Shown here one piece after another: positions 54,055-64,000 of a DNA stretch of 64,000 nucleotides. Source of the stretch: Candidatus Dormiibacterota bacterium (GTDB taxonomy: Bacteria; Chloroflexota; Dormibacteria; Aeolococcales; Aeolococcaceae); the NCBI GenBank assembly GCA_963718525.1, contig OY970355.1, positions 1,856,001 to 1,920,000 of the forward strand, read 5' to 3'. Position numbers and translations under genes: made by a program. How positions within the stretch are numbered: the first letter of the stretch is position 1; every line of letters starts with the position of its first letter. The notes below the pieces were generated by a model. That model was not told the origin of the DNA. It searched no databases and was given only the letters and a program-made list of their open reading frames with translations.

Positions 54055-56073
54055 ATGGCCACCGCACGGCGCGCGGAGCGCCTCCTGGACGACAAAGCGC
54101 AGCTGCGCGCGCGATTGCGGGCGTCTCCGGACGGTCCGGGCGTCTATGTGATGCGCGGGCCGGACGCGCGGGTCATCTACGTTGGCAAGGCCTCGAACGT
54201 CCGCAACCGTCTGCGCTCGTGGTTCAGCGGCGTCGATGCGCTGCAGCCCCGCACCCATCAGCTGATCGGCACCGTGTTCGATTTCGAGGTGATCGCGTGC
54301 CAGAGCGAGCACGAGGCCCTCGTCCTCGAGAACACGCTCATCAAGCAGCACCGGCCGCGGTTCAACGTGCGCCTGAAGGATGACAAGAGTTATCTCTATC
54401 TCAAGATTCCGCGTCCCGGGGTGCACGACGCGGTCGCACCCGGCACGGCGCGCGAGGAGGTCCGCAAGCCCCGGGGCAAGAGCGCCGAGGGAGCGACGGA
54501 GTTCCCGAGGCCGTACTACACCCGCAAGGTGATCCGCGACGGCGCGCGATATTTCGGGCCGTACACGAGCGCGCAGTCGCTGCGCACCACCGTCCGATCA
54601 CTGCGCACCATCTTTCCGTTCCGAACCTGCAGCGACGAGGTCTTTCGTCGCGGCAGGGTGTGTCTCGACTACCACATCAAACGATGTGCGGGACCCTGTG
54701 AAGGCAGGATCGGCGGTCCGGAGTATGCGGAGCTGCTCGATCAGGTCCAGGAATTCATGGACGGCAAATCCGACACCCTCCACGACGAATTGCGCGATCA
54801 GATGGACGCGGCCGCCGGCAATCGCGACTACGAGCTCGCGGCGCGATTCCGCGACCGTCTGCGTGCGATCGAGCGCATCAGCGAGCGCCAGACCGTGCTT
54901 CGCGGGGCGCGATCCGACGAGGACTGCATCGCCGTCGCCGTCGAGGCCGGGCGTGCGATGGCGGCGGTGCTGAGCATCCGCCAGGGACGCGTCATGGCGA
55001 TGGAGACTCACGAGCTCGAGGGGGTCGCGGGGCTCGATGCCGCCGCCTGCCTCGCTGGTTTCCTTCCTCAGTATTACGCGAACGCGACCTCGATTCCCCG
55101 TCGCGTGCTGGCGTCGGAGGACATCGAGGAACGCCAGGTGCTCGAGGAATTCCTGTCGGCGCAACGCGGTGCTCCCGTGGAGGTGCACGTCCCCAAACGC
55201 GGCGACTCGAGGCGGCTCATCGAGCAGGCCGCAGAGACCGCGCTGGTCGCGCTCCGGCAGCAGCGCATCGTCGACGACTATGACGCCGCGAAAACCGAGG
55301 CGCTGCTGGACGATCTCGCGACCCGGCTGCAGCTCCCGGCTCCCCCCCGGCGGATCGAGTGCTACGACATCAGCAACACCATGGGCACGAACTCCGTGGG
55401 GTCGATGGTGGTGTTCGAGGAGGGCCGTCCGGCGCCTGCGAGCTACCGGCATTTCGGCATCAAGACCGTCGAGGGATCCAACGATTTCGCCTCCATCGAG
55501 GAGACCCTGCGCCGCCGCTTCCGGAGGCTCGGACCTCGCGACGGTGGCCCGGATTCCGACGTTCCGGTGCTGGATCCGGCGGGTGCGAACGGTACGAACG
55601 AGCGGCCGCGGCGTGCACCGCGTGGTGGTGACGATGCGGACATGAGCTTCTCGGTGCTGCCTGACCTGATCCTCATCGACGGCGGCAAGGGCCAGTTGAG
55701 CGCCGCGGTGAAAGCACTTCGGGAGGCAGGTCTCAACCAAGTCCCCGTGTTCGGGCTGGCGAAGCGAAACGAAGAGCTCTACAAACCGGGACGATCGCGG
55801 CCGATCATCATCGAGCGAGACAGCCCAACGCTGTTCCTCGTGCAGCGGGTGCGCGACGAGGCGCATCGTTTTGCGATCACCCGCCATCGAGCACGTCGCG
55901 GACGCGCTGCGCTGCGCTCCAAGCTGGACGTCGTGCCGGGTCTCGGCCCCGTTCGCCGGCGGGCGTTGCTCAGGCAGTTCGGCAGCATCGACGCCATCCG
56001 TGATGCACCGGTGGAGCAGCTCAGCACAGTGGTGCCGAGGCCGGTGGCGCTGCGCGTCAAGGAACTCCTGTGA
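54055..56073 (+). CDS. uvrC: Excinuclease ABC subunit C
   Basis: GVY..YVGKA, ECYDIS, DGGKGQ, RDEAHRFA; alternative in-frame CTG at 54025. Confidence 0.96.
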   Translation: MATARRAERLLDDKAQLRARLRASPDGPGVYVMRGPDARVIYVGKASNVRNRLRSWFSGVDALQPRTHQLIGTVFDFEVIACQSEHEALVLENTLIKQHRPRFNVRLKDDKSYLYLKIPRPGVHDAVAPGTAREEVRKPRGKSAEGATEFPRPYYTRKVIRDGARYFGPYTSAQSLRTTVRSLRTIFPFRTCSDEVFRRGRVCLDYHIKRCAGPCEGRIGGPEYAELLDQVQEFMDGKSDTLHDELRDQMDAAAGNRDYELAARFRDRLRAIERISERQTVLRGARSDEDCIAVAVEAGRAMAAVLSIRQGRVMAMETHELEGVAGLDAAACLAGFLPQYYANATSIPRRVLASEDIEERQVLEEFLSAQRGAPVEVHVPKRGDSRRLIEQAAETALVALRQQRIVDDYDAAKTEALLDDLATRLQLPAPPRRIECYDISNTMGTNSVGSMVVFEEGRPAPASYRHFGIKTVEGSNDFASIEETLRRRFRRLGPRDGGPDSDVPVLDPAGANGTNERPRRAPRGGDDADMSFSVLPDLILIDGGKGQLSAAVKALREAGLNQVPVFGLAKRNEELYKPGRSRPIIIERDSPTLFLVQRVRDEAHRFAITRHRARRGRAALRSKLDVVPGLGPVRRRALLRQFGSIDAIRDAPVEQLSTVVPRPVALRVKELL

Positions 56074-56480
56074 GCGAAGCGGAATCCGCGGGAGACGTCG
56101 CTGTCGCGATGATGTCGTTCGGCTTCAAGTTCGGTCTGCCTCCTGACGCCGGCTGGGTCCTGGACGCGCGCATGGTGCGCAACCCCTTCTGGGTCCCCGC
56201 GTTGCGCTCGTACACCGGGCTCGATGCCGCAGTTCGTGACTACGTCCTCGAGGATGCCGTGGCGCACGAGCTCATCGAGCGCGCCCATGCGCTTGTGCTG
56301 TGGACGGCTCAGCGGTCTGCGGAACGCAGCCGGGACCACCTGAGCTTCGCCGTCGGTTGCACCGGAGGCCGGCATCGATCGGTGGCCATCGTCGAGGCGC
56401 TCGCGGGCAGGTTGCGGGATGACGGGCTGGGCGTTGCCGTGACCCACCGCGATGTCGACGTCCCGGATCCTCGCCTGTGA
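56070..56480 (+). CDS. RapZ C-terminal domain-only protein
   Basis: SFGFKFGLP, DAR..RNP, GCTGGRHRSV, HRD; no N-terminal P-loop. Confidence 0.85.
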   Translation: MSEAESAGDVAVAMMSFGFKFGLPPDAGWVLDARMVRNPFWVPALRSYTGLDAAVRDYVLEDAVAHELIERAHALVLWTAQRSAERSRDHLSFAVGCTGGRHRSVAIVEALAGRLRDDGLGVAVTHRDVDVPDPRL

Positions 56481-56526
56481 CCACCTCCGCGTGATGCACG
56501 AGCGCAAGACCCACGAGCGCAAGGCA

Positions 56527-58432
<1,906 letters not shown>

Positions 58433-58441
58433 GCGCCTTCG

Positions 58442-59647
58442 ATGACAGCGACGTCGAAGGCGACGATCGACGACATCGACGTCCATGGCAAGCGCGTCCT
58501 CCTCCGTGAGGACCTCAACGTACCGATGCGTGACGGTGCCATCGCCGACGATCGCCGGATCCGAGAGTCGATTCCCACCATCGACGCGCTCCGGTCAAGG
58601 GGCGCGCGCGTGGTCGTCATGGCCCACCTCGGACGTCCCAAGGGCAAGATCGACGACAGCGTCAGGCTCGGACCGATCGCGGCACGCCTGAGCAGCCTGC
58701 TCGGCGAAGACGTGCGTCTGGCTTCCGACGTGGTCGGCGACAGTGCACAGAGCATGGTCAACTCGCTGCGTGACGGCGATGTCGGCATGCTCGAGAACGT
58801 CCGTTTCGAACCCGGCGAGGAGGAGAACAGCCCCGAGTTTGCGGGGCGGCTCGCAGCGTTCGGCGACGTCTTCGTGAACGACGCGTTCGGGACTGCCCAC
58901 CGTGCGCACGCGTCCACCGAGGGGGTGGCGCACCTCCTTCCGGCGGTTGCGGGCAAGCTGATGGCGCGCGAGCTCGAGAAGCTCGGCGGCGTCTTGGACA
59001 ATCCGCGAACGCCCGTGGTCGCCATCGTCGGCGGTTCGAAGATCTCGACAAAGGTCGGCGTGCTCGACCACCTGCTCGATCGCGTCGACGTCCTCTGGGT
59101 CGGTGGCGCCATGGCCTGCACGTTCTACCGCGCGCTCGGCGAGAGCACCGGCACCTCACTGGTGGAGGAGGACCAGGTGGACACCGCCCGCCGCCTGCTT
59201 GAATCGGCCGCGGGCCGTCGTGCCGATCTCCGCCTCCCAGTCGACGGGGTCGTCGTCGAGAAGGTCGCCGCCGACTCGCCTACGCAGATCGTCGCCTGGA
59301 AGGCGATCCCCGACGGTTGGATGGTTGTCGACGCCGGCCCGGACACGGTCCGGCGCATCGCCGCTGATTGCGCGGCCGCCGGGACGATCATCTGGAACGG
59401 ACCGCTGGGCATCTATGAGGTCCCGGCATTCGCGACCGGCACTCGCGATGTCGCGCGTGCCGTGGCCGCATCCAAGGCCACCACGGTGATCGGCGGGGGC
59501 GACCTCGCCGCCGCAGTCCAGGACGCCGGCGTTGCCGACAAGATTGGCTTCATCAGCACGGGCGGTGGCGCGACCATCGAGTTCCTCGAAGGGAGGACAC
59601 TGCCGGGTGTTGCGGCGCTTCGAGATCGCGAGGTCGCTCGGCGTTGA
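58442..59647 (+). CDS. pgk: Phosphoglycerate kinase
   Basis: DLNVP, NDAFGTAHRAHAS, STGGGA. Confidence 0.98.
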   Translation: MTATSKATIDDIDVHGKRVLLREDLNVPMRDGAIADDRRIRESIPTIDALRSRGARVVVMAHLGRPKGKIDDSVRLGPIAARLSSLLGEDVRLASDVVGDSAQSMVNSLRDGDVGMLENVRFEPGEEENSPEFAGRLAAFGDVFVNDAFGTAHRAHASTEGVAHLLPAVAGKLMARELEKLGGVLDNPRTPVVAIVGGSKISTKVGVLDHLLDRVDVLWVGGAMACTFYRALGESTGTSLVEEDQVDTARRLLESAAGRRADLRLPVDGVVVEKVAADSPTQIVAWKAIPDGWMVVDAGPDTVRRIAADCAAAGTIIWNGPLGIYEVPAFATGTRDVARAVAASKATTVIGGGDLAAAVQDAGVADKIGFISTGGGATIEFLEGRTLPGVAALRDREVARR

Positions 59648-60426
59648 CGGTGCAATCCCGGCTGATGGTGGCCGGGAATTGGAAGATGAACACCACGGTG
59701 GAGGAGGGTGTCGCCCTGGCGCGGGCGGTGTGCGCCGTCACCGCGCCGACCGACGAGGTTGACGTCGCACTCCTGCCGCCGTTCACGCACCTCTGGGCCG
59801 TGCACCCCGTCCTGGCCGGGAGTGGCGTCCTGCTCGGTGCGCAGAACGTGTACTGGAAGGATTCGGGCGCGTTCACGGGCGAGATCTCGCCGTCGATGCT
59901 GGCGGGCTGGTGCGACCTCGTGCTCGTCGGGCATTCCGAGCGCCGTCATGTGTTCGGCGAGCGCGATGACGAGGTGGGAAAGAAGTTTGTGGCTTCGCTT
60001 GCACACGCGCTCCAGGTGATCGTCGCAGTCGGTGAGACGAGCGAGGAGCGCGACGCCGGTAGCACGTTCGCTGTCGTGGAGCGCCAGCTCGATGCCGTGT
60101 TCGACGAGCTGGACGGGACGCCCGACATGGATGCATGGGTGATTGCCTACGAGCCCGTGTGGGCGATTGGCACCGGCCGGACTGCGACGCCGGAACAGGC
60201 GCAGGAGGTGATCGCGCACATCAAGCAGCATGTGCGCGCGAGGTTCCTCGACGGCGCACCCCGCGTCCTCTACGGCGGCAGCGTCACCGCCGCCAACGCC
60301 GCCTCACTGTTCGCCGAACCGGATATCGACGGCGCGCTGGTCGGTGGCGTGAGCCTGCGGGCCGAGGAATTCGGCGTGATCGTCGCCGCGGCCGTGTCGG
60401 CCGCGGGCACCCGCCGCGCCTCCTAG
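59644..60426 (+). CDS. tpiA: Triosephosphate isomerase
   Basis: AGNWKMN, GHSERR, AYEPVWAIGTG. Confidence 0.98.
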   Translation: MTVQSRLMVAGNWKMNTTVEEGVALARAVCAVTAPTDEVDVALLPPFTHLWAVHPVLAGSGVLLGAQNVYWKDSGAFTGEISPSMLAGWCDLVLVGHSERRHVFGERDDEVGKKFVASLAHALQVIVAVGETSEERDAGSTFAVVERQLDAVFDELDGTPDMDAWVIAYEPVWAIGTGRTATPEQAQEVIAHIKQHVRARFLDGAPRVLYGGSVTAANAASLFAEPDIDGALVGGVSLRAEEFGVIVAAAVSAAGTRRAS

Positions 60427-60433
60427 CCGCACG

Positions 60434-61972
60434 GTGAGTCGCGGGGTGCGGCCGTTCGTGCTCGTCATCCTCGACGGATGGGGCAGCAACGCGGATCCGT
60501 ATGGCAACGCGATCGCGGCCGCGCGTACGCCCGAGCTGGACGCGCTCGAGCAACGCTGGCCGCACACCGAGGTCGAGGCCAGCGGTGAGGCGGTGGGATT
60601 GCCGCCTGGCCAGCAGGGCAACTCCGAGGTGGGCCACCTCACCATCGGCACCGGCCGTCTGATCCACCAGCCGCTGTCGCGCATCAGCCGTGCGATCGAG
60701 GACGGCAGCTTCTACGAAAACCCCGCGCTCTGCGAGGCGGTCGATCGCGCACGCGAGCGCGGCGGCGCGGTGCACTGCCTCGGATTGATCTCGCCCGGTG
60801 GGGTGCACAGCCACCAGAATCACGCGGTTGCACTCGCCGCACTCGCCCGCCGGCGCGGCCTGGACTCGGTGTGGTTCCACGTGTTTCTCGACGGCCGTGA
60901 CGAGCCGCCGACGAGCGCCGCGGGGTTCGTGCGCACGTTCGTCGGCGAGCTCGATGGCGTCGGCGCCGGGGCGATCGCGTCGGTATCCGGCAGGTATTTC
61001 GCGATGGATCGCGACCGCCGCTGGGACCGGATACAGCGCGCCTACGAGGTCATCGCCGGCGCGGGTGGCGGCACCGCTGCCGACCCCGTCGCCTACATCG
61101 AGTCGCAGTACGCGTCGGGGATCACCGACGAGTTCGTTCCGCCAGTGTCGATCCTCCACGACGGCAGGCGAGTGCGCATCGAGGACGGCAACTCGATCAT
61201 CTTTTTCAACTTCCGTCCGGACCGCGCGCGCCAGCTGTCGCACGCACTCGTCGACCGAGACTTCGACGGGTTCCCGCGGTCGAAGGTGTTGCAGGATGTC
61301 GACCTCGTCACGTTCACCGAGTACGAGCGCCACCTCGACGCGCGTGTGGCATTTCCGCGTGAGGACGCCGGCCACACCCTCGCGGAGGAGGTGAGTGCGG
61401 CGGGGTTGCGCCAGTTCCACGTCGCGGAGACCGAGAAGTACGCGCATGTCACGTACTTCATCAACGGAGGACGCGAGGACGCGTTCGATGGCGAGGAGCG
61501 GTTGCTCGTCCCTTCCCCTCGGGTCGCGACCTACGACGCGGTGCCCGAGATGAGCGCCGCCGGCGTCACGGATGCCGTGATCGCTCGACTTCAGAGCAGC
61601 GACGACGCGCTGCTCATCGCCAACTACGCCAACGCCGATATGGTCGGCCATACCGGCGATTTCGATGCCACCGTACGCGCCGTCGAGTTCGTCGACACCT
61701 GCCTCGGGCGCCTCGCCCGCGCGGTCGACGCTGCGCGGGGCGGTTTGCTCATCACCGCAGACCACGGCAACGCCGAGTACAAGATCGATCGCAGTGACGG
61801 GTCGGTGCTCACCGCCCACACCACCAGCCCGGTGCCGGTGATCCTCTGCGGCGCCGGCGACGGCGGGCTCCGTGGCGGGGGAGGGTTGCGTGACGTGGCG
61901 CCCACGGTGCTGGAGGCGATGGGGCTCCCCGTCCCGGCGGTCATGACGGGCCGGTCGCTGCGCGAGGCCTGA
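60434..61972 (+). CDS. gpmI: 2,3-BPG-independent phosphoglycerate mutase
   Basis: ILDGWG, GNSEVGH, AETEKYAHVT, DMVGHTG, TADHGN. Confidence 0.98.
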   Translation: MSRGVRPFVLVILDGWGSNADPYGNAIAAARTPELDALEQRWPHTEVEASGEAVGLPPGQQGNSEVGHLTIGTGRLIHQPLSRISRAIEDGSFYENPALCEAVDRARERGGAVHCLGLISPGGVHSHQNHAVALAALARRRGLDSVWFHVFLDGRDEPPTSAAGFVRTFVGELDGVGAGAIASVSGRYFAMDRDRRWDRIQRAYEVIAGAGGGTAADPVAYIESQYASGITDEFVPPVSILHDGRRVRIEDGNSIIFFNFRPDRARQLSHALVDRDFDGFPRSKVLQDVDLVTFTEYERHLDARVAFPREDAGHTLAEEVSAAGLRQFHVAETEKYAHVTYFINGGREDAFDGEERLLVPSPRVATYDAVPEMSAAGVTDAVIARLQSSDDALLIANYANADMVGHTGDFDATVRAVEFVDTCLGRLARAVDAARGGLLITADHGNAEYKIDRSDGSVLTAHTTSPVPVILCGAGDGGLRGGGGLRDVAPTVLEAMGLPVPAVMTGRSLREA

Positions 61973-61982
61973 ATCCGCCCCT

Positions 61983-63284
61983 CTACGGCGAAGGCGACGG
62001 GGACTGGTAGGGGACAGGCTCGATCTGGTCGACGGGATGCGGACCGCTTCGCCATCCATCGCCGGGCCCGAGGGTCAGGTGACAGTCGGCGCCGGTGACC
62101 GGGTTGCAGGCCACCGGTTGGGTGTGGATCGCAACTCCGTCACTCCAGCTCACCGTGATGCTGATGGTGAAGGTCTCCGTCGCCGTGACGGTCGCGCCGG
62201 CCGAGACCACCGCATAGTCGTGGCTCACCGCGCACGGGTCGTTCCAGCGCTGCGTCGACGGGTCATACAGCGGCAGGAGTGCCGGTACACGCTCGGCCGG
62301 GCCTGGCGCGATCGTGGTCGAGCCGTCGCCCCAACTCCACGCGACCGGTCCCGGCGTCACCGTGACGTCGTAGAGCAGGAACAGCGTGTACCCGCCGACG
62401 ACCGTGGTCGTGAGTGCGTGCGATGCGACGGGCGCTGCCGGAACCGTTGAGTCGGTCCACGCGCAGGTCGGGATGTGCACGAAGGTGCGCGACGTCGTCG
62501 AGCCACCGGGCAGCATGTCGATGCTTCCAACCGTCCACGCGCTGGTCAGCGCGGCGACGAGGTTCGCGCCGGTCGGAAATGGCGGGCGGTCGAGCACGCC
62601 GGTCGGAGGCACCGGCGGCGGTGCGTTGCCGGCGAGGTATGGAGCGCTGAACACGAACATCGCCCCCTGGCAGCTTCCGCCAAAGGGTGCCACCGGCTGC
62701 GCGTCCTGCCAGGTGCCGCGGGTGTACAGGAAGGCCGTCACGGCGATCAGGTGGCCTGCGACATTTGCGGCGGTCGCGAGCGCGCCCGGCGCAGTGTCGG
62801 TCGCGACGCCGCCCGGCGGGATCGCGCCCGCGACCGCGTACGCGAACCGCGCTTCGGACCCGTCGTAGCCTCCCGCCGCATTCCGCGTGAAGACCGGATG
62901 GATCGAGATCACCGCGACGATGCCGCCGCCGGGCGACGGCGATCCAGGACCGACATGGAACACGTTTGACTGCGGGCAGGCCATCCCCTGCGGATTCGGC
63001 CCGGGCGGCGGGGTCTCGAGTGGGTTGTGCGGGTCAGTTCCCGGTGGGGTGATGGTCGACGGCACGATTGGGAGATACGTCCCTCCGGCACCGGCGACCA
63101 GCTTGCCATGCGTCACCGCCGCAATGCCGGCGCTCGACGGCCCGGGAGCGGCGCCGCCCGAGCCGCCTCCGCCACCGGATGCGATCGCGGTTGAGGTCGG
63201 GATCACGGCGAGCACAACGCCGGTGACGAGCATTCGGCGGGCGCGACCCGTCATCGTCCGCACCCGGTCACGGCGAGCAGCCAT
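61983..63284 (-). CDS. Secreted Pro/Gly-rich hypothetical protein with PKD-like WSWGDG segment
   Basis: Signal-like N-terminus, several Cys, WSWGDG. Confidence 0.65.
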   Translation of the reverse strand: MAARRDRVRTMTGRARRMLVTGVVLAVIPTSTAIASGGGGGSGGAAPGPSSAGIAAVTHGKLVAGAGGTYLPIVPSTITPPGTDPHNPLETPPPGPNPQGMACPQSNVFHVGPGSPSPGGGIVAVISIHPVFTRNAAGGYDGSEARFAYAVAGAIPPGGVATDTAPGALATAANVAGHLIAVTAFLYTRGTWQDAQPVAPFGGSCQGAMFVFSAPYLAGNAPPPVPPTGVLDRPPFPTGANLVAALTSAWTVGSIDMLPGGSTTSRTFVHIPTCAWTDSTVPAAPVASHALTTTVVGGYTLFLLYDVTVTPGPVAWSWGDGSTTIAPGPAERVPALLPLYDPSTQRWNDPCAVSHDYAVVSAGATVTATETFTISITVSWSDGVAIHTQPVACNPVTGADCHLTLGPGDGWRSGPHPVDQIEPVPYQSPSPSP

Positions 63285-63487
63285 GCACCGATCAACGTCA
63301 TCGCGAGCCCCCTCACCACCTCACCTCGAAACTCTCGCTGTGCGCAACGGACGGCGAACGCCCGATGGCCGCTTCGCTCGGCCCTCCCCGTGGGGCGGCT
63401 AGCATGGCAGTTCGCGGTGTCCGCCGGGGCTGAGGACGGTGACGGACCGGTCACCTGCGCGCAAGTTTCGCTGGGTACGCTGGATGA

Positions 63488-63793
63488 ATGGCAGGTCCGG
63501 GCGATCTCAACTCCGCGCGCCTGCGTCGTGACCTGAGCCTCGTGCTGCGACGCAAGCTCACGCTCTATTCGGGGATCGGCGCCGTGGGCCTCACCGTGGT
63601 CTTCTCGGTGGTCGCGGCCACAACGGCGCCGGGCAAAGCGTCGCCGGTCGTGCCCTCAGCGTCGCCGTCCAATCCAGGCGCGAGCCAGCAGCCCGAGGCG
63701 CCGGCCGCCAATCAACCCAGCCTCGTGATCCCGGTGCAGCCTCCTCAGAGCGGTTTCGGCGGCTCGCCGGCCACGATTTCCGGCGGCTCCTGA
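63488..63793 (+). CDS. Small membrane protein with Pro/Ser-rich tail
   Basis: One TM helix followed by a low-complexity tail ending SGGS. Confidence 0.6.
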   Translation: MAGPGDLNSARLRRDLSLVLRRKLTLYSGIGAVGLTVVFSVVAATTAPGKASPVVPSASPSNPGASQQPEAPAANQPSLVIPVQPPQSGFGGSPATISGGS

Positions 63794-63821
63794 TGCGCTC
63801 GCGGCTCGCAAGCCGCGCCGA

Positions 63822-64000
63822 TCATCGACTGCTCGCAGCCTCGGTGAGCAATTCCCCGAGCCGCGAGCCGTCGAGGTTGCCGCCGCTGACGATCGCCACC
63901 GTGCGCGGCGTGGATCGCCCGTCGAGCATGGCCGCATAGCCAAGCGCACCGGCACCCTCCGCGACGACCTTCAGCTCGGTCGCCATGCGCGCGACCGTCC
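63822..64000 (-). CDS. Threonine/serine dehydratase-type PLP enzyme, C-terminus (truncated by window)
   Basis: Minus-strand translation KVVAEGAGALGYAA...TVAIVSGGNLD; absent from the ORF track because the start is outside the window. Confidence 0.85.
   Translation of the reverse strand, partial: TVARMATELKVVAEGAGALGYAAMLDGRSTPRTVAIVSGGNLDGSRLGELLTEAASSR

Noticed and set aside
56497-56523. CACGAGCGCAAG tandem repeat before whiA
   Set aside because: Short in-frame duplication with no evidence of function.

Overview
High-GC Terrabacteria-type chromosome segment. Regulatory elements (Cheo-type SOS box, CIRCE, DtxR/IdeR box) and gene content (whiA, cdaA-cdaR) fit a Dormibacterota/Chloroflexota/Actinomycetota-like soil organism; this taxonomy is inference only. 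Two zones. (1) About 3.5-22 kb is an accessory zone that begins with an intact, LexA-boxed DUF222-HNH (REP13E12-like) gene. It is followed by unrelated cargo: Ltp lipoprotein, coxS/coxLM-like molybdoenzyme, hydrolase, ABC/ArsR module, HEAT protein, GNAT, PAS-GGDEF-EAL and a flavin monooxygenase. The intergenic boundaries carry fragments of that HNH gene broken at the same codons and joined to conserved foreign sequences (four copies of one junction, two of another, plus an 18-bp direct repeat pair). This looks like a repeatedly used site-specific integration hotspot or cassette array inside HNH genes; no recombinase gene is visible in the window. (2) About 22-62 kb is core genome: fbaB, murA, mreB-like, GT9, argF, cdaA-cdaR-glmS, AcpS-NnrD fusion, CHAP hydrolase, thiL-tsaE-tsaB-[DesKR/ABC insert]-rimI-tsaD, dtxR-FTR1, groESL, AsnB-CofE fusion, alr, nitrilase, pcrA-ligA-uvrC-rapZ(C)-whiA, gap-pgk-tpi-gpmI. 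tsaB and groEL each carry a +1 frameshift (possibly assembly error), and several genes appear to start at CTG in CTGA stop/start overlaps. No CRISPR array, rRNA or tRNA was seen.
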